DNA of 16,642 nucleotides from a virus: UHGV virus genome UHGV-1941890; one strand, 5' to 3'. Shown piece by piece: positions 9,040 to 16,642 of this stretch (position 1 is its first letter; each line of letters starts with the position of its first letter). The notes under the pieces were generated by a model. It saw only the letters and a program-made list of their open reading frames with translations, ran no database searches and was not told where the DNA came from. The position numbers and the translations under genes were made by a program.

Positions 9040-9256
9040 GCCAGCTAACCACTTCGCCGGGCGTCATCATGAAGATTTCGGCGGGCGACCAGTTAAAAAT
9101 GGCGGCAATATCCGCCACCAGATCTTCGATGTGCTCAAAGCACACCAGGGTGATTACGCTGCCGTCTCCTGCACGCTCTTCGCGCCAGAGTCTGGCTCGC
9201 TCATAAAATTTACAGCCACAGCGCACAGCTGAATAAAATCGCGTGACGACATTTTT
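8990..9256 (-). CDS. E': E' extension, −1 frame relative to E; expected to yield an E+E' fusion by programmed frameshift
   Basis: The −1 frame is open from 9256 to the stop at 8990-8992, overlapping the 3' third of E and the 5' end of T. This is the conserved tail-chaperone frameshift arrangement. Confidence 0.55.
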   Translation of the reverse strand, partial: KNVVTRFYSAVRCGCKFYERARLWREERAGDGSVITLVCFEHIEDLVADIAAIFNWSPAEIFMMTPGEVVSWRERAALRSGNADNEDS

Positions 9257-9528
9257 TTAATCATCACTTCATCCAGTCGTGGCGAGGTCACGCGAGGCAA
9301 CAGCGTAAACATGGTATCCGCTTTCAGATTCAGCACATCAGACAGCGACAGACCACGCAGGGATCCAGCCTGCTCAATAGCCCCGGTGATCTCCACATAC
9401 GTGATTTTTTCGCCACCACGCTCAATTGGTCGGGTCAGTTTTACGCCACGTTCGACAGCCATATCCTCACCTGCCGTCACATCATCCGCCACGGTGTTAT
9501 TCCGGGTTTCAGTATCGATGTCTTTCAT
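9154..9528 (-). CDS. E: Tail assembly chaperone gpE (0-frame product)
   Basis: 124-aa − strand ORF with AAGGAG 7 nt upstream of the ATG at 9528. It sits between the tube gene and the tape measure, as the chaperone does in P2-like tails. Confidence 0.75.
   Translation of the reverse strand: MKDIDTETRNNTVADDVTAGEDMAVERGVKLTRPIERGGEKITYVEITGAIEQAGSLRGLSLSDVLNLKADTMFTLLPRVTSPRLDEVMIKKMSSRDFIQLCAVAVNFMSEPDSGAKSVQETAA
9250..9261 (-). promoter_or_regulatory. Candidate −1 slippery site ATT-AAA-AAA-ATG (A7 run) for the E/E' frameshift
   Basis: − strand ATTAAAAAAATG (codons I-K-K-M of E, residues 90-93). The E' frame opens exactly here, straight after a −1-frame TAA at 9259-9257. Confidence 0.45.
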
Positions 9529-9583
9529 CAGTTGTCTCCTTTTCAGTCAGAGGCGACGCACTGCGCCGCCTGCATATTACTTA

Positions 9584-10096
9584 TCAGCCAAGCCCAAGCG
9601 CGGAACGGATATGGTTAGGCACAATGTCCTTGCCGTCCTTCCGGTAGATGTGGTTCAACAGGTCGATTTCCCACAGCGGGCGATCGTTAACGCTCAGCTT
9701 GTAGTAGGTGTTTTTGACAGCGTAAGTGTGTGATGTGGCTTCGCCCTGTTTGGCTTCCCCCATATCAATTTCCGTCACACGCCCGCGCATCTCGATTTCA
9801 TACAGATCGCTTTCTGCATCGGTGTAGTATTCACCCGCAAAACGCAGCAGCGTGCCGTCAATCGTGCCGCCATATTTAAGGAACAGCGCACGAACAGCTC
9901 CCCCCATGACAAAACTCGCATCAAGCGCGGAGTCGTCCAGACCGAGATCAATACTTACCGCCCCCATCATGCCACCCCCCCGGTAGCTGTCGGTTTTGCG
10001 CGTCAGTTTGGGCGGCGTGACGGATGTCACTTTACCCACTTCGTTTTCACCATCCACAAACAACGTAAAAAAGCGAAGATGTTTTGGTACAGCCAT
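9584..10096 (-). CDS. FII: Major tail tube protein gpFII
   Basis: 170-aa − strand ORF (MAVPKHLRFFTLFVDGENEVGKVTSVTPPKLTRKTDSYRGGGMMGAVSIDLG...), tube-like in size and sequence. Its ATG overlaps the FI stop (TGATG). Confidence 0.85.
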   Translation of the reverse strand: MAVPKHLRFFTLFVDGENEVGKVTSVTPPKLTRKTDSYRGGGMMGAVSIDLGLDDSALDASFVMGGAVRALFLKYGGTIDGTLLRFAGEYYTDAESDLYEIEMRGRVTEIDMGEAKQGEATSHTYAVKNTYYKLSVNDRPLWEIDLLNHIYRKDGKDIVPNHIRSALGLG

Positions 10097-11280
10097 CAGG
10101 CACCTCCCAGCACCGCAAATGCGGGACCAAAGAATTCATCAGTAAACGTCTGGTAAAGCTCCATGTCTTCCAGTGGCGGAACGGGCGTATATTTGTAGCG
10201 AATACGCACACGTCCCTGACGTAAATTCGTGGTGCCGTTATCCACCACGTCATACCAGCACTCCGCGCCAATCAGTTTCCCGGCAGTAACCAGCGAATCC
10301 AGTTTTGCCCTGATGGCACTGATAACATCCTTCACGTTCGCAGGCGTCAGTGGACTGTCGATGGTTTCAAATTGCGCTTCCGCAATTGAATCAGCCAGCA
10401 CCTGTGCGGCTCGGGTATACACCTCAAAGATGTAGGCGTTCGTTTCCGGTGTGCGGTTGCCCCAGAAGCGGAACCCGTTGCGACGAATAATGGTCGTGAT
10501 TTCTTTGTTATTGAGGCTGTTGGCATCACTGTCTTCGGCCTGCAACGACCAGAACACATGCCTGGACATTCCCAGCACATTTTTAACCGGAACGTTGGAC
10601 AGCGATTTGTGCCAGCCCTGCTCATGGTCAATGTACGCACGAAGGCCGCACGCATAAGCAGGCGCGGGGAACGTTTCGTTTTTTCCACTTTTCGGGTTGT
10701 AGGCGATGAAGTCCGGCCATAAGAGCATCACCTCACGTTCGTTGAATTTCTGGCGGTAGGTAATCGCCTCAGCCATCGTGTTACAACCATGACATGTGGC
10801 ATACACAAACGCGCGCAGTTTACCCGCAATCACGCACAGGGATTTCGTTACCGCCTCCGTGTCCAGCTCCGGCGCGGCCAGAATACGCGGACGGTATCCG
10901 ATGCTTTCATCCTGCTCTGCAACAAGCAGCGCATACATCCCCGTATAGCTGCCGTCATCCTCAGAACCACCGATAACCAGTTGATCCTGCGTCTTACCGT
11001 CTTCTTCTTTGTGTTCAGCCACGCGAACGACGATCACCTTTGTGCTCACCTGGTCTGCGATGGCCTTAAGCGCACGATAAAGCGTCCCCGTTGTCCCGCA
11101 TTTTCCCAGCACGTCATTGACGCGGGTCAGCAGTGTGGGCTTGTTCAGCGGGAACAGCTTCGCGTCCGCATCATCCGCCGTTGCCACGATACCGATAACG
11201 CTGGAATCAACATCGTTAATCGCTGTTACCAGGTCGGTATTTTCCGTAACACGGGCACCATGAAAACGAGTTTCACTCAT
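10096..11280 (-). CDS. FI: Contractile tail sheath protein gpFI
   Basis: 394-aa − strand ORF with sheath motifs (...QGWHKSLSNV..., ...IRRNGFRFWGNRT..., ...YKYTPVPPLE...). AAGGGG lies 9 nt upstream of the ATG. Confidence 0.85.
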   Translation of the reverse strand: MSETRFHGARVTENTDLVTAINDVDSSVIGIVATADDADAKLFPLNKPTLLTRVNDVLGKCGTTGTLYRALKAIADQVSTKVIVVRVAEHKEEDGKTQDQLVIGGSEDDGSYTGMYALLVAEQDESIGYRPRILAAPELDTEAVTKSLCVIAGKLRAFVYATCHGCNTMAEAITYRQKFNEREVMLLWPDFIAYNPKSGKNETFPAPAYACGLRAYIDHEQGWHKSLSNVPVKNVLGMSRHVFWSLQAEDSDANSLNNKEITTIIRRNGFRFWGNRTPETNAYIFEVYTRAAQVLADSIAEAQFETIDSPLTPANVKDVISAIRAKLDSLVTAGKLIGAECWYDVVDNGTTNLRQGRVRIRYKYTPVPPLEDMELYQTFTDEFFGPAFAVLGGA

Positions 11281-11437
11281 AGCTTCAGCCCCTTGTATCC
11301 GTTAAATGATTCGGCAACAATCATCACCCACCACGCGCGTAATCTCACCCCTGCGCCGTTCTCCCGCCACGGCGACAACAAAAAGCAGTCCCCCCCTCCG
11401 CACGCACATGCGACCATGCCGCACAGGGAGGGAACAG

Positions 11438-12547
11438 ATGACCGACACCACCATGCAATTGCTCAGTCAGGGCACAGACCCCGTAAAAATGCCGGATTTT
11501 GATATTCTCGCGGAGGGGAAAAGGCTGTCCGGCGTGGCAGAGCGCCTGATGAGTCTGTCACTGACCGACAACCGGGGATTTGAAGCAGACCAGCTCACCA
11601 TCACGCTGGATGATGCGGATGGTCAGTTGCAGCTACCGCCACGGGGCGCGCGTCTGACGGTTCTCATTGGCTGGAAAGGCGAACCGCTGACAGAAAAAGG
11701 TTCTTACATTGTTGATGAAATCGCACACGAAGGACCGCCGGACAGGCTAACGGTTTCAGCCAGAAGCGCAGATTTTCGGGATGAATTTAACGTTAAACGT
11801 GAGGTGTCCTGGCATGATGTGACCGTTGAGCGTGTGGTATCCGCCATCGCTCATCGGTACGGCCTGAAACCGCAAATCAGCGAAATGCTGATGGATATCG
11901 AAATCGACCACGCCGACCAGACCGAAGAAAGCGACATGTCCTTCCTTACGCGCATGGCGGAAATGCTGGGCGCAATCACCACGGTAAAAAGCGGTAATCT
12001 GTTATTCATCATGCCAGGCGGTGGCGTGAACGCACAGGGCCAGCCGTTGCCATCGTTCGCCATCACACGCAGCAGCGGCGATCGCCATCAGTTCCGCATT
12101 GCTGACCGCGAGGCGTATACGGGGGTACGCGCCTACTGGCTTGATCTTAATTACGGGAAAAAGAAAAAAGTCAGCGTGAAACGCCGCAAACCGCCCAAGC
12201 TCAAAAAGGAGAAAAGCAGCAGCCGTGAAGGTGATTATATGGAAGGCGCGGAAGGCAATGTTTTTGTGTTACGCAAGACTTATCAGAACGAGCAGGCAGC
12301 AAGACGCGCAGCGGCGGCAAAGTGGCAGCAGCTACAACGCGGAGCCGCATCATTCTCCATCACGCTGGCGCGTGGACGTGCAGAACTCTACCCCGAAATG
12401 CATGGCACGGTAACAGGATTTAAAAGCGAGATTGATAATCAGGACTGGATTATTGCAAAAGCCGAGCACACCATTGATAACAGCGGCTTTACCACACAGC
12501 TTGAGCTTGAAGCAAAAATCCCGGAATGGATAGCAGAAACAGAATAA
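11438..12547 (+). CDS. D: Tail protein gpD (late control gene D family)
   Basis: Large + strand ORF. I prefer the ATG at 11438 (GGAGGG 7 nt upstream) over the upstream ATG at 11306; product ~369 aa. Confidence 0.8.
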   Translation: MTDTTMQLLSQGTDPVKMPDFDILAEGKRLSGVAERLMSLSLTDNRGFEADQLTITLDDADGQLQLPPRGARLTVLIGWKGEPLTEKGSYIVDEIAHEGPPDRLTVSARSADFRDEFNVKREVSWHDVTVERVVSAIAHRYGLKPQISEMLMDIEIDHADQTEESDMSFLTRMAEMLGAITTVKSGNLLFIMPGGGVNAQGQPLPSFAITRSSGDRHQFRIADREAYTGVRAYWLDLNYGKKKKVSVKRRKPPKLKKEKSSSREGDYMEGAEGNVFVLRKTYQNEQAARRAAAAKWQQLQRGAASFSITLARGRAELYPEMHGTVTGFKSEIDNQDWIIAKAEHTIDNSGFTTQLELEAKIPEWIAETE

Positions 12548-12573
12548 ATCTCTTAAAAATATTATTTTTGAGA

Positions 12574-12591
12574 TGTGCTTCTACACTGACA
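12574..12591. promoter_or_regulatory. TGT-N12-ACA dyad (TGTGCTTCTACACTGACA), matching the P2 Ogr late-promoter consensus
   Basis: Exact dyad in the D-to-cargo intergenic region. Only 6 positions are specified, so chance matches are expected in a window this size. Confidence 0.3.
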
Positions 12592-12675
12592 GTAAGAACA
12601 AAAGATAATGTATCAGCCCACTAGATGTCAGAGGTTGGGGCATCAACCAGATGCTAACAATAATACGGATGTTTT

Positions 12676-12705
12676 TCCCACATGACAGAGGAAGTCAAGT
12701 ATAAT
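12676..12705 (+). promoter_or_regulatory. Candidate sigma70 promoter for the cargo gene (perfect −10 TATAAT at 12700-12705, weak −35)
   Basis: TATAAT lies 91 nt upstream of the cargo ATG in an AT-rich leader. No good TTGACA-like hexamer at 16-18 nt spacing. Confidence 0.3.
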
Positions 12706-12795
12706 CTTCACAGTCCCTCCCGTCCAAGGGAATATGACTCAATAGTAAAAGTTCCAGTTTAGTTAGTAGACCCACACTTTATAGAAGAGTAAATC

Positions 12796-15700
12796 ATGAT
12801 TGGACAATTTTTAAGTGCAACAGAGATTTTAGCAAAGAACTATGTTCGTAATAAAATGGTTAAAAATCCATTTTATTCGAATTTAAAATGGAATTTTGTT
12901 GAAAAAAACATCATAAGATTAACATCCTCACCGGTTAAATCAGTACTTTGCATATCAGCTTTTTCATTTGTACTACTTTATGTTGGATATTTAAACGAAT
13001 TATTTATAAAAAAGAATCTTTTACATTATTTCCCGTTTAGGCATTCATTAACCGAATGGCAAACAACCATTTTAAGTGGCCAATTGACAATTATTGGTAT
13101 TGTATACCCCCTTGTTATAGGTTTAGTAAGTGTCTTATTCCAAAAAAAAGCAGATAGAAAAATAGCCCAAACTGCTTATCAGCGTTACTCAGGATTCATG
13201 CTTGCTGGACTCAGCGGGCTTTTCTTATCAGGATTTATACTTCTCAGTGTACTAATTAAAACTGTCTTTGGAAGTTATCTTTATGGTATAGCCTGTCTAA
13301 TCAGCATATTATGGCTTTTGATAAACATAGTTCTTTCTATTTGGTTCTTTATCGTGAGCCTTGAAATTCTTGATGATGTAAAACGGCAAATAATTATAAA
13401 GCGATACATTGCCTTCGAAATAGTAATGCCCCATATTTGTAACAAAATCTCAGCCAATCTTAGGTTATACCCTATCTATCAAAAACATAACTATTCAAAT
13501 TTAGAAATCAAGCAAGCCGATTACAAAGGAGAATACATATCTGTGGCTAGCAGTTATTCTAAGGAAGATGAGTTAAGTTTATATCACCGTCCTTTTCAAC
13601 TTATTCTTAATCTTATTAATTACCAACTAAAAAAAAAGAATCATTTTGCGTCATTTGTCATTGGTGATAATCGTGCAAAAGAAACAGAATCCACGGGTAA
13701 GATACTTTTTAGCGTTAAAAATATCAAACCAGACAGCTTATTAATAAAAATACTTAAGCAATGTTTTTATAGGGCTCCGATTAAAGGAGGAGATTTTTCC
13801 GTAAGTCTTACAATGCAGGCTATAACAGCAGATACGTATATGTATCTGCGGGATTCTGATCTCTTTAGTTTTGACGATGCTATCTCTGCATTAATTAATA
13901 ACTTTAATAATCTCTGCGATTTGTATTTTTTTCAAGATGACAATACCAACAATAATTTCTTACTGATCACTACAGAATTATTTGAACGGAGTTTTCAATA
14001 TGAGTTTTCAGATGAAGTTTATAAAATATCAAATAATTCCATGGATAAAATTAATCTTTCTGAAAGATTTTTTGAATTATGTCTTTGGAGCGGAGTGCGT
14101 ATTCTTAATAATAGAAAACATCTTATCAGCAATGAACTTTGTATCTATATGGGAATTACTCGTTCACAATGGTCAATATTAACAGAATGGTTCCGAAACA
14201 ACCAATCACTCTTAAATGCCTCGCTTCGTTCACGTTATAATCGTATATTAAGAACCTATGCCACTGTTTGGGAGCAATATCAAGAAAGCATCAACTTTCG
14301 TTTCTGCAATACAGAGAATTCAGATTTATTTGAATTATTTTGCAAAACGCAACTACAAGAACTTCCATCGATCATTATTGATGCAACACAGACTCGCGAT
14401 CCTTCTACTATTGATACAGCCGTCGATCTTATTAACCGATGGCAGCACTCAATGAATATTGACAGCCATTCGGTAGAAAAATACAGTTACCAAGGCCAGC
14501 TTTTTAACCCGGGTTTTTTCATCTCCAAAAAACTAAACTTCAATTCAGACAGAGAGTGGTTCAATATTGCCATCATAAATGCGTTGACTGACATGCGTAT
14601 ATGCACATGTCTTTATCTGACATCAAGAATCAATACTTCTGACAAACTAATGACACATTACATTAAACTTATTTTAGAGGGTAAACTTATTGACCAAACC
14701 GGTGGATATGAAACTCCCACTGAAGAAATTGATAATGCAAGCCAACTAATCAAGATATTAGTTAGAATCTGCCTGTGGACATGGTCTGAAAATATGGAGC
14801 ACAATGGGTGGATGAATAGTTTAGCAAGGCGTTTACGTGACTATGATAAAACAGACATGGTGATGGGCAGAGTTTACAGTAATGTTTTTGACTGTGGATT
14901 TATTGATATGGAACAATCATGGGTGCAGCTATTATTAATTTTCTCTAACAAGAACGATAGCGTATCAAAAGAAATAAAAGAAGCAATAGAAAACGACTAT
15001 ATAACATATCGTGAGAAGCAACGACTCATTGGAATATTATCAAAAATTTGTAACTCCATCGAATACACTAAAATCAAGCTGACTTTAACATTGGACGATC
15101 TCCAAACAAAAAAAGAAAACTTAAGAAAGTTGCTTCAAGAGCATATTAACATGCTAAAGAAAGATCTTGATATGAGACTTCAGGATGCTGCCATAGATGT
15201 ACATCGACTAGATAGCACTGCACGTAAAACATCAGAACATCTTCGTAAACGCATCAAGAAAACGCTCCCTCTTTCACTTTTCAAATCTATTGATTTTAAG
15301 CAGGCTAGCGATTGTTTCACAAAACATAAGATATCTATTAAGATAGATAAAGAACCGTATGCCGAAGGAATAGAATCCATCCCTTATATCAATGAAGGTG
15401 ATATTCAAGCAGGCTTCATTCTCAAGGACATCCAGAGAATAATACTTTCAAATTTATTTAGCACTGGCTGTTCGCAACATACCGTAATAGAAGATTTCAA
15501 TATGTTGATTGATCACATAAAATCATCTGCTGACTTGGCTGGCAAACTGGTTCTTGTGATGAGTAAAGAGATCTTTCAGCAATATAATCGTATGCTTTTC
15601 GATAATCCCAACCTCAGAGAACTAATGAGAAAAAATGATGATGGCTCTATGAACATAACTACTGAATCCGGTACCTGTAAGGTTTACTTCTTACCATTTG

Positions 15701-15915
15701 TTAATCAACCATTTTCTCTTGTGGTAAAGGATAACTACTTCACTAAATTAATTATTAGAGAATATGATAATAATAAGTTAGTAAATGTCACTTCAGAGAA
15801 TATCAAAAGTGACTCAGATAAATTCAAGCTAACTCTTAACTATGAGTTGAATATAGTATTTGAAGGAAACGCTGATTTAAAAATATCTCACTCGCAAAGA
15901 GTGACATCAGAATAA
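12796..15915 (+). CDS. AT-rich cargo (moron) gene: 1039-aa protein with about four N-terminal transmembrane helices and a large C-terminal domain of unknown function
   Basis: Single uninterrupted 3.1-kb ORF. Composition shifts abruptly to about 30% GC at the D stop (sampled lines 18-40% versus ~58% in tail genes). Hydrophobic segments at roughly aa 48-66, 94-116, 133-156 and 161-190 (nt ~12937-13366); predicted coiled coil near aa 770-830. No Walker A or other catalytic motif I can recognise. Confidence 0.85.
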   Translation: MIGQFLSATEILAKNYVRNKMVKNPFYSNLKWNFVEKNIIRLTSSPVKSVLCISAFSFVLLYVGYLNELFIKKNLLHYFPFRHSLTEWQTTILSGQLTIIGIVYPLVIGLVSVLFQKKADRKIAQTAYQRYSGFMLAGLSGLFLSGFILLSVLIKTVFGSYLYGIACLISILWLLINIVLSIWFFIVSLEILDDVKRQIIIKRYIAFEIVMPHICNKISANLRLYPIYQKHNYSNLEIKQADYKGEYISVASSYSKEDELSLYHRPFQLILNLINYQLKKKNHFASFVIGDNRAKETESTGKILFSVKNIKPDSLLIKILKQCFYRAPIKGGDFSVSLTMQAITADTYMYLRDSDLFSFDDAISALINNFNNLCDLYFFQDDNTNNNFLLITTELFERSFQYEFSDEVYKISNNSMDKINLSERFFELCLWSGVRILNNRKHLISNELCIYMGITRSQWSILTEWFRNNQSLLNASLRSRYNRILRTYATVWEQYQESINFRFCNTENSDLFELFCKTQLQELPSIIIDATQTRDPSTIDTAVDLINRWQHSMNIDSHSVEKYSYQGQLFNPGFFISKKLNFNSDREWFNIAIINALTDMRICTCLYLTSRINTSDKLMTHYIKLILEGKLIDQTGGYETPTEEIDNASQLIKILVRICLWTWSENMEHNGWMNSLARRLRDYDKTDMVMGRVYSNVFDCGFIDMEQSWVQLLLIFSNKNDSVSKEIKEAIENDYITYREKQRLIGILSKICNSIEYTKIKLTLTLDDLQTKKENLRKLLQEHINMLKKDLDMRLQDAAIDVHRLDSTARKTSEHLRKRIKKTLPLSLFKSIDFKQASDCFTKHKISIKIDKEPYAEGIESIPYINEGDIQAGFILKDIQRIILSNLFSTGCSQHTVIEDFNMLIDHIKSSADLAGKLVLVMSKEIFQQYNRMLFDNPNLRELMRKNDDGSMNITTESGTCKVYFLPFVNQPFSLVVKDNYFTKLIIREYDNNKLVNVTSENIKSDSDKFKLTLNYELNIVFEGNADLKISHSQRVTSE

Positions 15916-15922
15916 TATCTTT

Positions 15923-15954
15923 GACGGCGCTCCTTAGAGTGCCGTTCGTTTATT
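15923..15954 (+). terminator. Candidate intrinsic terminator downstream of the cargo gene
   Basis: GACGGCGCTC-ctta-GAGTGCCGTT stem-loop (two G-U wobbles) followed by CGTTTATT, 8 nt after the cargo stop. Confidence 0.45.
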
Positions 15955-15980
15955 AACTAATGCTAAAAATCATTATATAG
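15953..15980 (+). promoter_or_regulatory. Candidate promoter for ogr (TTAACT-N15-TATATA)
   Basis: Imperfect −35/−10 hexamers with a short spacer, about 70 nt upstream of the ogr ATG. Confidence 0.25.
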
Positions 15981-16050
15981 AGAAAGTCATGTTTAAATCT
16001 TAGAGAATACAACCTAGAATAGTGCAAGCACTACAATAAGAGAGGTCGCT

Positions 16051-16311
16051 ATGTTCCGTTGTCCGCTTTGTGGCGCATCTGCCCGTATCCGCACTAGTCG
16101 TCCGGAAAATGATTCAAATACCGTGAGACAAAAGTATTATCAGTGTAACAATCTAGAATGCGGCGTATGTTTCTCAACACTGGAAGCCTTCCACAAATTC
16201 ACTTCAAAGCACGCCTCCCCCATTCACTCATCAGAGGGCATCCCGTGGCATGAACTGCCAACTTCACACAGAGGAAACAATCAGATGAGTTTGCCCTTAC
16301 CTCAGAATTAA
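16051..16311 (+). CDS. ogr: Ogr/Delta-family zinc-finger late transcription activator
   Basis: MFRCPLCGASARIRTSRPENDSNTVRQKYYQCNNLECGVCF carries the CxxC...CxxxxC finger and the MF.CPLC...ARTSR...QC signature of P2 Ogr. AGAGAGG is 7 nt upstream of the ATG. 86 aa, longer than the ~72-aa Ogr I remember. Confidence 0.8.
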   Translation: MFRCPLCGASARIRTSRPENDSNTVRQKYYQCNNLECGVCFSTLEAFHKFTSKHASPIHSSEGIPWHELPTSHRGNNQMSLPLPQN

Positions 16312-16501
16312 CGAGCAGAATTGCCGGAGTAACAAAAAAGCGATAGATTACGCGCGGGTGCCTTTCGGCTGATGGTCGGAGGGAATACCTGAAGGCCAGA
16401 TGTGGAAAGGCCCCGGAAAACATTTTTGTTTAACCGAGGCCCTAACCGTCTACCCTAAGCAAGTGATAGGTTAGCGCCTCCCCGAAAAAGGAGCAAGCGC
16501 T

Positions 16502-16642
16502 ATGTCGCAAAAATCGCTTACGGCCATCACGTTCTGCGTGACGGCAATCCTCATCATCTGGATGCTGCACGGTTCGCTGTGCGAAATACGGATGAGCTTC
16601 TGGGGAGCGGAGTTTGCGGCGTTCTTACAGTGTAAGCAGTAA
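16502..16642 (+). CDS. hok: Hok/Gef-family type I toxin (46 aa), not in the supplied ORF track
   Basis: ATG at 16502 with GGAG 8 nt upstream. Product MSQKSLTAITFCVTAILIIWMLHGSLCEIRMSFWGAEFAAFLQCKQ has one transmembrane helix then SLCEI...E.AAFL.CK, matching HokA-like toxins (...WMIRDSLCELHI...ELAAFLACK...). Stop is at the last base of the window. Confidence 0.6.
   Translation: MSQKSLTAITFCVTAILIIWMLHGSLCEIRMSFWGAEFAAFLQCKQ

Noticed and set aside
11306-11437. Upstream ATG at 11306 as the gpD start (44-aa Pro/Ser/Thr/Arg-rich N-terminal extension)
   Set aside because: No Shine-Dalgarno sequence, low-complexity translation, and it overlaps the divergent FI promoter region. The ATG at 11438 has a strong GGAGGG RBS.
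10229-11502. + strand ORFs 10229..10435, 10451..10657, 10789..11502 and 10794..10976 opposite the sheath gene
   Set aside because: Antisense to the FI sheath ORF, which has clear sheath motifs. The 237-aa ORF ends inside the FI-D spacer and has no start context.
13982-14455. Small + strand ORFs 13982..14182 and 14258..14455 inside the cargo gene
   Set aside because: Alternative-frame ORFs within the continuous 1039-aa ORF; AT-rich DNA gives few stops in some frames.
16312-16500. Possible tRNA gene or attachment site downstream of ogr (where P2-like phages integrate)
   Set aside because: I cannot identify a cloverleaf, conserved T-loop (GTTCRANYC) or CCA-adjacent acceptor stem. The region reads better as the structured leader of the hok-like gene.
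1-16642. CRISPR array, rRNA or insertion sequence
   Set aside because: No regularly spaced direct repeats, no rRNA-like conserved stretches, and no transposase-like ORF or terminal inverted repeats anywhere in the window.

Overview
This window is the tail-morphogenesis half of a P2-like (Peduovirus-type) prophage or phage from an enterobacterial-type host (about 55% GC by eye), with one large AT-rich foreign gene inserted. All calls are by eye against remembered P2 proteins; no search was run. On the + strand lie the baseplate and fibre genes V (3' part), W, J (broken by a 10-N assembly gap), I, a long mosaic tail fibre H (911 aa, three tandem ~92-aa repeats) and a tail-fibre assembly gene G split by two in-frame stops. 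A hairpin terminator follows, then the sheath/tube/chaperone/tape-measure/U block (FI, FII, E/E', T, U) on the − strand, opposite to the canonical co-linear P2 order. D and an Ogr-type zinc-finger late activator are back on the + strand. Between D and ogr sits a ~3.5 kb AT-rich (about 30% GC) insert encoding a 1039-aa protein with about four N-terminal transmembrane helices and a large domain I cannot assign; this is the best candidate for an undescribed accessory or anti-phage function. A Hok-family type I toxin ORF (46 aa, missed by the ORF track) closes the window.
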